The notes under the pieces were generated by a model. It was not told the origin of the DNA. It did not search any database and saw only the letters and a list, made by a program, of their open reading frames with translations. Of a DNA stretch of 64,000 nt, positions 26,300-38,790 are shown piece by piece (position 1 is the first letter of the stretch; each line of letters opens with the position of its first letter). This DNA is from Camelus ferus (taxonomy: Eukaryota), in contig NC_045696.1 in assembly GCF_009834535.1 (NCBI RefSeq), positions 89,716,001-89,780,000 of the forward strand, read 5' to 3'. Position numbers and translations under genes: made by a program.

Positions 26300-26745
26300 T
26301 CACAACATGAAGCAACATAAAAGGCAAAGCAGCAACTACCATGTAGCTACCTTATTTGAAACCTGATTTTAAAATAAGCAATAAAAATTATGACACTTAT
26401 GAGGCATTTGGAAGTCTGAACACTACTAGTATATTTGACAATACTGAGGACTTATTTCTTATTTTCAGGTGTGATAATGGTAGTATGGTTATGTTTAAGA
26501 AAAAAAGGGTCCTCATCTTTTAAAGAGTCATACTGAAACATCTATGGATTAAATGTTATGATATCTGGGATTTGTTTCAATTTAATACTGAAGGGGCAAG
26601 GTGGTTGGGGGCTTGGGTACAGCATCAAGTGATTGGCCAACATTTGATGGTCATTGAGGCTGGGTGATGGGTAAATGGAGGTTCCTTATGCTACTCTATT
26701 TTTGTATATGTTTGAAGTTCTCCTTGATAAATAAGAATGAAAAAA
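26300..26745 (+). mobile_element. L1MC4-like 3'UTR
   Basis: AGGTGTGATAATGGTAGTATGGTTATG, ATGATATCTGGGATTTG, GCTGGGTGATGGGTA, TTTTTGTATATGTTTGAA. Confidence 0.85.
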
Positions 26746-28259
26746 CTAAAGTGGATATTAAGATCTGGAAAACTAGTAGAGTAGACACTACGGTGTTTTA
26801 AGTTAACCATATTGGGCACATTTCTAAATTCTTCATCTAATCTATCGCTACTGTGTATATGTATTCACAGGGCAATAGATGCCTTGGTGAAGAAGGCATT
26901 TATTTTTATCTTAAAAGTCATTGAAATAAAACAAACCTTTAAAACATTCTCTTTCTTACTTGTCATATAAATCACTTTATATAGGACATCTTAAGACCCA
27001 TGCCTTGTGCTTTAAAAGAACTCTATATCACTTGCCAACCTTAGCATAAATCCTCTTGATATGTTTAACTAAGATTTACTAAAATAAAACCTCAGCTCTA
27101 TTTCTTCTGAACAAAGGTATGTGCATATACTCCTATCATTTGTTCAGATTTCTCCTGGGGGTTTTGCCATCTTTACTCCACATGGTTGTATTTATGTTGC
27201 AGTTGAAAAGATTTCGGAACACATTTCACAGGCTTTAATTCCTGCATGGTCTTGCATAACTAACTGCTTGCAGAATTCTGACACCATGCGTAGATATATG
27301 TCTAATTACGCTTTTGAACTTAATGAAATGAACATAATTCTGTCCTCAGATCATGGGCTAGATATTTAAAATTTTTAATTGGCTATTATTTTTCCAAGTA
27401 AGCTTACTGCAGTTTGAGTTTGAATTAAATTGGAAAGTATATGTGAACAAAATCCTTGTATTTCTTGTTTGAAGTCTATTGTTGCATACATTTCTAATAA
27501 TAGATTAGCAATTATATTTGTAGGCATGCATGTTTCATACACAAATTATCTATATATTTATGTAAACATATTATGGTAAAATCTCTTTATAGTGAACTGC
27601 AGGCGACGCAGCGACTCAGAAGCCCTGCTAGGGTTGATGTATTTCATCAGAGGTCATGGCTTGCTTTTCAGTATACCTAAATCTCTGTTAAGATTCTGTT
27701 CCAACAGAATTCTACTATTATTTCAGTGCAGAAACAGTACTCAGGGTGGCATTTCAAATTCAAATGCTGGCAGGGATCAGGCAGGTAACATAAACGAGTG
27801 AAGCCAGGCAGGCAGATTATGCATGTGGTCGCCGGGAGGGACCGCCTCTGTCTGAAGGGGCAGCAGTTCTTAGCTCTTGTTGGTTGTGCCTTGTGGCATA
27901 GCGTTTCCAGATGTCTCATTTTTTTTTTTTCCTTAGAGAAACCGTAAATCTAGATTTTTATGTTCAATTTCCCAATTTTAAAACATGGGCCAAAGAAGCC
28001 ATGCCTGCTGTTTGCATGGACCAAATACTGATCTAGGAGAAGCAGCACTAAAAGGGCTTTGTCTCTGATTGCTTGCTACTGTGGAGTTTCCACAACTGAA
28101 TTTCTCAATAGATGAGTGTATTTCCTTTAATCAGGATACGAATATCTGTCCTCTAATCGTCCCATAGGATCTTCTGTATGCTGACTGAACATGCCCGAGG
28201 GAGACACGGGGCCACTTTGCAGACCCAGCCTAGTTATGTCTACTAAAAAATAACTAGGA

Positions 28260-28720
28260 AAACAGAGAAATTGGCCCTTTCCTTACACAAGGGTAGGAGG
28301 GAAAACTGGAGCAACTTTTACCAAGAGCAGTTTGGCAATATGTTAAAAAAATTTTTAATAAATGCATTTTTCACTGAACAATTATACGTCTGTAAATTTA
28401 TCCTCAGGAGAAAATCACAGATGTTAAATGAATGGCACAGGTTTAGTTCATACAAGGCTGTTCATCTCATACTACTTATGGTAGTAAATAGTGAAAAAAA
28501 CCAAAATGTCTAACAATAGCACACTGGGTAAGTAAATTATGATACACTACACTGCTTCTGTGATTAGGTGAACACAAATAGATGAAAGAGATGATTTGTA
28601 TGCTGATGGCATGTTGTAAAACTACCTAAGGAAGCTCTAGGTCTAATTCATTGGGATGGAGAGTTAGTTAAACGGTCAGTGGTACATGATAGAAGGAAGT
28701 ACTCATGAACCAAAAAAGAA
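28260..28720 (+). mobile_element. L1ME-type ORF2 end/3'UTR fragment
   Basis: GCAGTTTGGCAATATG...CCAAAATGTCTAACAATAG...GTAAATTATGATAC. Confidence 0.65.
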
Positions 28721-28944
28721 AGTAGTGAGTGAAGGACTAGTAAGTCCAATGGCAGGTGCACTGGAAGACAGAAATGGTCCCAAGTAAAGCATCAAGCTCT
28801 AGGCTGACCTAAGGGCTAGATAGGGTACCTGTGGGAGACAGGTCTTCATCGACGTGGGCAATTCTGAAGCTGGTGGGCACATCTGCGGCTGTAATGCTAG
28901 ACCACGTTACCCAAGCCACACCTGGCTTTGTGAGCTGGTGCATA

Positions 28945-29480
28945 TTTACTGCCCAGTGCTTCATGCCATAGAGTCTCCTAACACCAGGCTCCTTGCAGCT
29001 CCGGGACTACGCCGGACTCTTTCTTGTCTCTGTACCTCAGCCATGACTGCCCATCGGCCTGGAAAGCTCCTGTCCTACCTTTCCTCGGAAACTGCTTGCC
29101 CCTCATGCTTCAGGATCAGCGAGGCTCAGTTTCCCCGCGAGCCCTCAGCTCCGTTATGTTCTGTGGCTGTCGCTGCACTTTCAACTACTTGGTACGGATC
29201 TGCCTCTGTGTCTGTTGTCGTGCTGTCTTCTCCACTGAGCTGCCAGTTCTTTGATGAGGGAGATTGTGTGTTTCTCACATGCGTAGCCCGGCAACAGCAC
29301 ACCTATGGTTCCCCGTGTAAGCAAATAGCTCATACATGCCCCAATGTGGTGTCAGGCTGTGCCCCAGCTACATAATGTAGGTGGTGGCCCTGGACCCCAA
29401 CGGTGTTTAATTTCATGTATATGTTTGTCTTTTTCACATGACTGAAAATGCCTTGAGGACCTGCTCTCTGTCTTTACAGA
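28945..29480 (+). mobile_element. L2 LINE 3' fragments
   Basis: GGCTCCTTGCAGCTCC, TGCCCATCGGCCTGGAA, CACTGAGCTGCCAGTTCTTTGATGAGGGAGATTGTG. Confidence 0.65.
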
Positions 29481-29934
29481 GAGTAAATACCCATTACCCT
29501 CCTCCTAACCCCTGAAACTCAGTATCTAAGATGCTGTTTTTCCAACCTCAAGGCTTGTAGCTTTTTTATGACCATATATTTTTTCATATAAACTCAAATT
29601 TATTTAAACCTGGAGCACTAAAAACATTCATATTTTACTTTAACAGAAAAGAAAGAAAATAGGAACCATTAACCGGATGCTGTTAATTATTTTCCAACAA
29701 AATTTTCTTTTCCCTAAAGTTTTTTTTCCTAAAAAATTTTTTTTAGTATTTTATCTATGGAAAGTGAGTCTTCTGTGATTTTTGTTCTAAATAATTTAGA
29801 GATGATTAAGTACAGTAATTCAGAAAACAACAATGAGTTCTTGGGAGCTTTTGAACTTATATTGGGATCTTTTGGGCATTTAGGAAAATTGGCATTTAAA
29901 AAATCAAGTAGTGGTATATAATAATGAAGTCACA

Positions 29935-30080
29935 TTTTTTTTACTTGATCCTCAAAATAATCTTGCTATTATCATTTTACAAGTGAGGAAGTGAAGCTAA
30001 GCAAAGTTATAATGACCTGTCCAGGTCATGCCTATAATTGGATACTTCTGACCACAAATTCTCTCCCCTTTACATCATAT
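29935..30080 (-). mobile_element. MIR SINE
   Basis: CATTTTACAAGTGAGGAAGTGAAGCT...TGACCTGTCCAGGTCA. Confidence 0.75.
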
Positions 30081-30894
30081 ACCCCAAAGCTTCCTTTAAT
30101 TGTTACTCCTTTTTTATTTTAAAGAGGCTAAAATGGCTCTTTTAATAGACTTCGAATCTATTTTTTGGAACTCACTCATTTCACCTCATTCAACCATAAG
30201 CCATGCAACTTGAACTCTCTCTGCTAAGTTGGTAATGTTTTGTTTTATTAACAATTGCTTCTTGAGCTCTAAGACATAGGTGAACAATGTTAGCATTATA
30301 GAGTTTGGTTTCTTAAGTGGAAGTCATCTATTAAATAAATTGAAAACAAATATTTCCCCCAGTTAAACAAACAGAAATCTTTCATTATCTTGGCTTAGAC
30401 ATGTAGATTTTCTACCAAATTTTTTTCTTGGGTCTTTTGGAAAATCAAATCTGAAATCAACCTGGAGACGATTTAATGAGAATGGATTGTTTTATCATTA
30501 CTAATGCATTTTTGTTTGATTTTCTTATGGATCTGGAAGACATTGTGGTACTAGAAATTATTGGAGGAACATAGAAAGATGCTTAAAAGTGGAAAACACT
30601 GACCAGCTCCCACCCCCACCTCTACAATTCCACCCGCTTTTAAATCCTGAAAGGTTGTATTCCTCTAGGTTGTTTAGCCTGCTGGTGGTTCACATTTAAC
30701 ACTTTGAGGGAGTTCCCTCAGTGGTTAGAAAAACATGAGAACCCACACTTCCAGAAAGCCAGAGCAGTTTCATGCCAGCTTTCTAGAATTAATGAGGTGT
30801 CTCAGAATGGTTTTGTCATGGATATGTCTACAAATTTGTCATTGTTGTAACTTCCTCAAAGGGATTTTAAAAGAAAACCATCTTCAATAGAAGA

Positions 30895-31510
30895 AAGCAT
30901 TTTTCATTATGAAATATTTCAGGTGTACATAAAAGCAAAGAGAAAAATAAAAGGAAAAACCCATGTACCCACCACCAAGGTGAGTGATCAAACAAAAATA
31001 ACCATTAAAGCTCTTCCAGGACCCTCACCAGATCCCATTCCCCCTCCTCTCCTCCAGAAGCAATTATTATCTAAATTCGGTGTGCCTCAGCCCCATGTAT
31101 GTGGTTCTACTTTTATTACATGTGGGCAGACCTAAAACAACAAACTCCGCGTTTGATACTATTTTGTAGGTTCTTAAATGACATATATATGATCTCAACG
31201 CTATATATCCTTCTGCAATTTGCTTCTTGTTTTTGCTCAATGTATTTGAAAATTATCCAGATGATTGCATATAGCTCTAGTTCCCTCATTTTTGCAGTTG
31301 TAGAGAATTACACTGTGTGACTAGACCACAATTTATTTGTCCATTTCCATAGTGATATACATTTAGGTTCATTCATCTTTGTTGCAATTGCTAACAAAGC
31401 ACCACTGAATATTTGCTCAAAAATGTGCAGTTCCAAATGGAAAAGTGCATCGATATCTGCACTTACTAAGTCTTTTTCCAATCCCTCCCACCAGTTATGC
31501 AAAAGTTTTC
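30895..31510 (-). mobile_element. L1ME-type 3' end
   Basis: TTTTCATTATGAAATATTTCA...ACCCATGTACCCACCACC...ACCACAATTTATTTGTCCATT. Confidence 0.8.
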
Positions 31511-31603
31511 TATTTTTTTTAATTGCCTACCTTCCCTGAATATGTACTCCACTGAATTCAATCATTTATTGTTGGCAACTATTTAGATTCTGTTGTGGGA
31601 TAG

Positions 31604-31621
31604 ACACACACACACACACAC
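31604..31621. repeat. (CA)n microsatellite
   Basis: Direct reading. Confidence 0.9.
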
Positions 31622-32289
31622 GAACGCAAATGGGTTTAAAAAAAAACCCATTGGAATTGTTTATTTGGAAAATTCTAAAGCAGGTTAGAAAATTAAATTC
31701 TAAGTTTTTAAGTGTACAGCTGAGGCATTTTAACACATGACACACGTTCTATCAGCAATAGTATCTTGTAACAGTGAAAACACCTCTACACTTCCAGTCT
31801 TAAAATGCCATCTGTATGGCAAAATTTATTTGGACAAACAGTTCATTTTTCACTCATGATCCAAATATCATCTTTTTTTGAAGGTGTGTACTTCTTTATC
31901 CCTTTTAAAGTATCTGCAGGGGAGCAGGGTCCCGACAACCATTTTTCCTCACAGAAGAGGCCAGAGATTTCAGAATACTTATCTTTTTTGAAAGGAAAAA
32001 GCCAACTCAGCTTTAAACTTGCCAACTCTTTCCCCCAATCTTATGTATAATAAAAAGGTTTTATGATCATTGCTCATCTCAGGATCAAGTATAATAAAGT
32101 TCTCCTTCTTCTTAGAATATAAGCCATAAAACCACATAATCAGGCACATTTAGACTAGCATTTTCCACAATATGCTGGAACCGTGAGTAACCGAGAGCCC
32201 CCAACACAGTCCCCTTTCCCTCAGAACACCTCCTACTATACCACCCGAGTGGGCCGCCAGCATCAGTGCGCATGTTACGTATTAGTAAA

Positions 32290-32400
32290 GCTCAGTATAA
32301 CAAATAAGTGGAAATGGAATTTTCTTTTCTAATTCTGCCCCTCAGTGGATTCTCTTGTGCATCCCCAGCAGTGCACACAGGTCACTTTGGGGATCAGTGG
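32290..32400 (-). mobile_element. hAT-Charlie-type terminal fragment
   Basis: CCCCTCAGTGGATTCTCTTGTGCATCCCC...CACTTTGGGGATCAGTG resembles a Charlie-derived MER terminus. Confidence 0.5.
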
Positions 32401-32419
32401 CTAACGTGATGAGTGGGGC

Positions 32420-33200
32420 CTGGATAGATGGGAGACGTGAAGGCTTTTCTGATGATGGCCATGGCAAGCAGGGGCTTAGGCTGGAATGAGCAGGACCAGT
32501 GGGCAAGACCACAAAGACGGGAGCCTGGGGAGGGCTGTGGAGGGTGAGACGAAGACGGAAAGGAAGTCTGGGGTCAGCCGGTGGGGCATGTTTATTGCCG
32601 GGGCTAGGGATTATATTACAGGCAAAAGGAGAGCATCTTGGGACAAATGAGGGATGTGATCAAATTTCCACTTTTAAGAAACGTATCCAGCAGCAGGGTG
32701 GAAGATGGGTTGGGGAGGTGGAGACAGAGAAAAGGTTTTAGAATGTAATTTCCCATGAAAGGTAACGTTGAGTTCAGGGACATGAAGATGACTGAGAGGA
32801 GGCGGAGGATTCGAGAGACATTATGGAGTAGGTCTGACCCGCTGCGTGTCTGATTCTCCCCAGCAAGTGAAGCAGAGGGAGGAGGTGAAGTCCACTGAAG
32901 TGTCCAGTGTTGGAGGCAGTGTCAGGAGGAGGCCTGGGTTAAGGGGGCAGAGGAATGAGTTCATTCCAGACACCGCGACTTCGGACGTGCACGTGGCGGT
33001 GTCCAGGAGTGAAGGCAGTGGGAGTCTGCCCTGACCAGGTGAAGATTTGGAAGCCAATCACTGGGTAAGTGAAGGTATCAAAGGGTGTCTTGAAATCGCT
33101 CACAGAGGGTGCAGGGCACTGGAGAAGGGGCTGTGGGCAGAGATTCCAAAAGAGAGAGAGGAGCCACCGGGGGACCCAGCAATGGTCTGAGAGAGAGAAG
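32420..33200 (-). mobile_element. L2 LINE fragment
   Basis: Purine-rich antisense L2 text (AATGAGTTCATTCCAGACA, GAAGATTTGGAAGCCAATCA). Confidence 0.7.
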
Positions 33201-33289
33201 ATGCGGTTGTTCCCGACTCTCCTACCAAGACTTCACCCCACCTCTTCATATCCTCCTCGCCTGCTTTATATCTTTCACTTGGCGCTTAC

Positions 33290-33478
33290 CTCCAAATACT
33301 AAATACTCTTCTCACTTATCTTCATTAATTTGTTGCTTTGCACTAACACTTCAGCTTTGTGAGAGCAGGAATTTTTATGTTTTTTTTTCCCACTGCCATA
33401 TTTCCTATGTTAAGAACAGTGCCTGACACACAAAGTCAGCGTTCAATAAATGTTTGCCAAATGGATGAATAAACGAAC
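33290..33478 (+). mobile_element. L2 3' terminus
   Basis: AGAACAGTGCCTGACACACAAAG...TCAATAAATGTTTGCCAAATGGATGAATAAA. Confidence 0.85.
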
Positions 33479-33654
33479 TAGCCAAGTTCACTATATCACA
33501 GATACCAAGAGGTTTATGAGAGGTGAAATGTTCAGCAGTGTTTGCTGCTGCTATTCAAAGTTTGTAAAATAGTTTCTGCTCCACATGAGCTTCAAAGCTA
33601 TACCATGATAAACAGATATCTCCATGAAAGATGAAGAAGTGATACTAAAAACTC

Positions 33655-33845
33655 CTCCCCGGCATTGACCATAAAATATATGGCAGGCGGTTTATATAAC
33701 TTCTTTCATTTTGTTACCACTGTATGTGTTATCTCCATTTTATAGTTAAGGAAATGCAGAAACTAAGTAATTTGGCTAAGAAAACTATTAAGTGGGTGCA
33801 CTGGATTTTAACCCTGGGTCTGTGCTCTTCCTGTGGGGCTATACT
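33655..33845 (-). mobile_element. MIR SINE
   Basis: TCTCCATTTTATAGTTAAGGAAA...AAGTAATTTGGCTAAG...GGATTTTAACCC. Confidence 0.6.
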
Positions 33846-33899
33846 GACCTTGACACCCAGAAGCAGCACCCATGATTCATTCATTCGTGGATTTAATCC

Positions 33900-34530
33900 A
33901 AGAGGCCAGTGACAGGGAGAATGGAAATAGATGAGGTGGGATTGGTAATGGGACCCAGATCTGGCTTGCACGCTGAATGAGATGGAAAACTATTAAAGGG
34001 TTTTGAGCAGAGAAGTTCTATGATGTGTCTTAGTTGTTTAAAGAAACACTTTGACTTTGATTCTGACGTTGAGAATACACCAAAGGGGAGCCAGAGCAGA
34101 AGGAGGGGTGGAAGTTTTGAGATTACTAAAATAACCCAGCCAAGAGATGATGGTAGATTAAAACAGGGTCAGATAGTGTTAGGGGTGCCAAGATGAGATT
34201 AAATTCTTGACATGTTTTGTAGATAGATTAAAATGAAATATTGGATATAAGGATACATAGATGTGATGTGAGGGAAAGAAAGAAGTCGAGGAGGATAAGC
34301 TCTGAGGTTTTTGGCCTGAATAATGAGAAGGATAGAGTTGTCAGTAACCAAGATGGTTAAATCAGAAGCAGTTTTGGGGTAGAAGTGAGAAGATCTGCTG
34401 TGGGCACGGTAAGACTGAGGCCTCAATAACACATCCTAATGGAGATGGGCAGCTGGATGGAAACCCAACCTGGAATTCAGGGGGAAAGTACAACATATTA
34501 TTTATATTTGAAGCCATGGGGTGGGTTGAA
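33900..34530 (-). mobile_element. L2a-type LINE fragment
   Basis: AAGGGTTTTGAGCAGAGAAG, CAAGAGATGATGGT, GAGGTTTTTGGCCTGAA, TGGAATTCAGGGG. Confidence 0.8.
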
Positions 34531-35849
34531 ATTCCAGTTGTATTTAGAAACAATGAATGAAAAGTCTTCAATAAAAACAACGTTGAATGCAAAATATTCT
34601 GGCAACCCACATCCTTTTTATAACAGAAGCTCAGCAAGTACAGAAACTCAGAGAAATCGCATGAGAAAAGGGAGCCACAGCTTCACTGCCTTTCTTTCTT
34701 GGCAATGAAGCACTGGCTCATTCATTCATTCCAAATGGTAGGACTGTCAGGTGTAGGTACACGACTCTGCTCAGTGAAGGACGATCTCAATTTGCAAATA
34801 AACCATGTATGCACTGAACTGAAGCCTTGTTAATAATTCATTATAAATTACTTTATGAACAAATATGTAATTCCTTTCAGGAGTTCATTTGAACTAACTG
34901 AATGCATTATAGTGACTAATTCCACAGGCCTAATAGTTATGAAAATGTGTCAGCAAGTAAGAATTTCGGTGTAACATCAGTTGATATATGTTTTACATTT
35001 CCCTTTGCTAAACAAAAATGGAAAGGCCCTTCTGTTGCATGTTTGTAGTTTTCCAAGATGGTCACGCTCTTCTGATCCCTGATGTGCTGGGCCTGCCCAC
35101 GCGGGGAGCTGGATGGCCTGTGAAAGGGGCTTGGGCTAGAAAAAAGGGCTGCCTCCCAGAAGGCCATAAGTTAATTCCACCTAAAACCATTATCATGTCT
35201 TTCTGCCTAACACTGGGTTCATTTCACATCTTGCACCTGAATTACTACTGCACTCACCTAATTTGTTTTTATGGGATGCTGTTGTCAAACAGGCACCGTA
35301 TTTTACACATACAGAGACCAAGCTTTAATCACGCTCTGAGTGGGGGTTTGAAACACTGCGATGCTGGTGACAAGGACGGTTAGGATCTGAAATGTGAGGA
35401 GAAGGAGGGCAGTCCGCTCGCCCTACCCCGCCCACGCGTTTCTGCAGTGGTCCCACCCCACTGACCACCAACATCTGCTCTAGAGACAAGCTCTCTGCTC
35501 CACGCAGTCTGCGGAGCGCTATTCGGAGCGATTTGGAGCCCCTTCCTCCCTTTGATCCAGCCATTTCAGACCGTCTCCATGGCACCGGTTCTCTCCCTGA
35601 CACTGAGTGGCAACTGGGCTGGAGGAGGCCATGATGAGGGTGAAACAGCTGGTTCCAGTTGTGGTTCTGTCATTCAATTTATTAGCCCGGGAAAGTCACT
35701 TAATGTGTCTCACTGTGTCCTCCATCCAGAATCATGCTACTAGGAAGGTAAAATGAAACAAGAAATGTGAAAATCCTTCTTGTGTGAAATGTAAATACAT
35801 ATGTTTAAGCAATCTGTGATTCAAACAGAGGAATATCTGAATCGAACTT

Positions 35850-37535
35850 ATCAGGTTTAAAAAAGTAATGAAATATTGCAGGCACACAAGAAGATATTAC
35901 GAATGATACAGAAAGCATCCGTGTACCACACAACACCCAGCTGGAAAATAAAACAAGAAACAGACAGAAGCAGCTTTCTGTGCACTCCCCCCAGATCAAA
36001 TTCCCCTTTTCCTCTTTGCATAAGAGTTACTGTAACTGTGAACTTAGTTTATCCAGTCACTGCATATTTTAAAAAATGTAATTACATATATAAGTATCTC
36101 TAAATAATATGTAGTATTTTTGTGCATTTTAAATTTAAGTAAATCATATCTTACTGTGTGATCTACAACTTATTTTCCATGCAAAAATGTATTTTTGAGA
36201 GTTTTCAAATTTGATACATGCAAGCATTTCATCCATTTAACTGCTTTATTCCACTGTATGACTAAACGATAATTTATATATCTATTTTTTTCCAACACAA
36301 AAAATACTTCACGACCATCTTGTACACGCCTCTCTGTGGACAAGTGTGAAAGATCCTCTAGGGCATTTAGGAGGTCCTGAATTGCCCTGGGCTGGACTGC
36401 GGAAATGCACATTTGAAAGTTTGCTTTTTATTACCAAATGGTTCTCCAAAGTGGTTCTAACAATTTACACCACCCTTTTAGATGCCCCACAGTTACATCA
36501 ACACTTGATATTCTCAGGATTTAAAACTGTTGTCAGTCTAATGTGTATGAAATGTTATCTCATTGTGGTTTTAATTTGAATTTCCCTAATTATTGAGGTT
36601 AACATCTTGTGTTTGGTGGCCATTCAGACTTTCTCTTCTGGTCATCTCTGATATTTTCCACCCTCTCTCTCCTTCCCTGTTTGCTTCCTTCCTGCCTGCC
36701 CTTTCTCTGTCTCTCATCATTTGTTCTATATATTTTGTTGTTGATGTTGACTTGTAGGAATTCTTTCTATATTCTGGGCACTAATACTTTGTTAGTTATA
36801 TCTGTTGCTTCTGTTTTTACTTTTTAAAAGGTTGCCTTTTGATGCAGAGAATCAAAAAATTGAACATAGTCTAATGTATCATTTTTTTTCCCTCTGGAGT
36901 TTGAACTTTTTGTGTGTTATGTTTAAGAATTTTTTCTCTAGTGCTAGTTCATAAATACATGCAACCACATTTTCTTGATAAAAGATTTAGCTTTTGCTTT
37001 TCATGCTTTGGTTTTGAATCTTTCTATAATTGATTTTGTGTGTCTACTAAGAGGTAAGGATCCTTTTTCTTTTCTTTATAGAAAACCAGTAGTCCCTGCA
37101 CCGTTCATTAAGAGTCTCTCTCCTGATCTGCAATGCTGGGTTTGTCAAAGGCCAAGTCCACATATTCACAGAAGTCTCCTCTGGGACTCTCTATTTTGTT
37201 TGGTTGATCTGTTTATCAATCCTTGTAACAAAACCACACTGTTAAAATTACTAAGGCTTAATAATAAGTTTTGATTTCAGATTTGCAAGTTCCTCAATCT
37301 TGTTCTTCATCATAATGGTCTTGGCTAGTGTGTTTCCTTTTCTTTTCTTTGTACATTTTCAAACCATCTTGCCAAATTATTTAGAAAATCATGTTGAGAT
37401 TTCCATTGGATTACACTGAATGCATAAATTGATTTGGGTAGATAGACAGGATGCTATAAAGCGTGGATGTACCACAATTTGTTTATCCATTCACCAGCTG
37501 ACAGACATCGGGCTATTTACAGCTTTTGGCAATTA
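35850..37535 (-). mobile_element. L1ME/L1MD-type decayed ORF2 and 3'UTR
   Basis: TTATCTCATTGTGGTTTTAATTTG, ATATTCTGGGCACTAAT, CCATTGGATTACACTGAATG, with T-rich strand bias. Confidence 0.85.
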
Positions 37536-37609
37536 TACAGTGGTTCACTTATTCAGTCATTTTTCAGTGCTTACTTTTTGTGCCAGCCCCGGTGCTAATG
37601 TTATTTACG

Positions 37610-38080
37610 GAACTTCATGATCTGGGTCTGGCTTATCTGGCCATCCTGACCCCGTCACATTCCCACTGGCTCTCTGCACCCCAGCCGTCAGGAGTGTCTT
37701 TCCTGCGAGCAAATGCACTGTGCTGTCCTCTGTCCTCCTGGTCTTTGCAGATGCGCTTTCCTCAGTGTGACACACTCTTTGCTCCCTCTTCATTTCCCTA
37801 CCTTCTACTTGCTTCTTGTCTTACTTTCTTCAGAAGGCTTCCTGGCCTCTATGTGTGGGTGAGATGCTGTGCTCTGGACATCCTTACCATCCCCTACACG
37901 TCCCCTGTCATAAGCTTCCTCACATGGCACGGAAATTTCCTGTTCCTAATAGACTGCCAATACAGGGAGGGCAGGGATGACTATATGTTGTTCATGGAAG
38001 CCTCTTCAACACTTCAACACTGATTCCCATTATCGTGCACCTGGCTGGTACTCGATAAAAAATATTGCTGAGTGTATCAA
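37610..38080 (+). mobile_element. L2 LINE 3' region
   Basis: CTTCATGATCTGG...AGACTGCCAATACAGGGAGGGCAGGGA...TACTCGATAAAAATATTGCTGA. Confidence 0.7.
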
Positions 38081-38099
38081 TATTGAATCTCTACTAGAA

Positions 38100-38790
38100 G
38101 CAAGTCCCCGTGGCAGGCAGTGGGAAGGGGATACAGAAAGGTAAACAGCTGCCGTGGTCCTGCCACAACCGGCAGGGAGGTGCAGCCCACTCCAGGGATG
38201 CCCCTTGATGGCCAGGGGTCGTCTCCGACATGAGGCCACTCCTTCAAGACTGGGAGAGGTAACTGTTTCCCCAACACATAGAGAAAAACACAGAGTCAGG
38301 CAAAATGAGGACACTGAGGAATATGTTCCAAATGAAAGAATGAGCCAAAATCCCAGAGGAAGGCCTTAAGGAAATGGAGATAAATAATCTTCCTGATAAA
38401 GAGTTCAAAGTCATGGTCATAAAAATGCTCACCGAGCTTGGGAGAAGAATGCATGAACACAGTGATAACTTTAATAAAGAGGAAATGTAAGAAAGGACCA
38501 AACAGAAGTCACAAAGCTGAAGAATACAATAACTGAACTGAAAAATACACTAGAAGGCTTCAGCAGCAGGCTGCATGAAGCAGAAGAATGGATCAATGAG
38601 CTGGAAGACAAAGCAACGCCACTCACTCAGAGCAGCAAAACAAAAAAGAATTTTCAAAAACCAAGATTCCTTAAGGAACCTATGGGGATGCATCAGTAGA
38701 ATAATACTTGCATTATAGCAGTCTCAGAAGAAGAGAAAGAGAAAGGGACAGAAAACTTATTTGAAGAAACAATGGCTGAAAACTTCCTTA
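38100..38790 (+). mobile_element. L1 5'UTR end and decayed ORF1 N-terminal half
   Basis: ATG at 38305 gives MRTLRNMFQMKE*...EINNLPDKEFKVMVIKMLTELGRRM, L1 ORF1p-like with stops. Ends at ATGGCTGAAAACTTCC. Confidence 0.88.

Noticed and set aside
28854..29375. 173-aa ORF
   Set aside because: Lies over decayed L2 sequence, has a GTG start and a Cys/Ser/Leu-rich non-coding composition.
37526..38023. 165-aa ORF
   Set aside because: Runs through an L2 remnant, has a TTG start and no protein similarity I can recognise.
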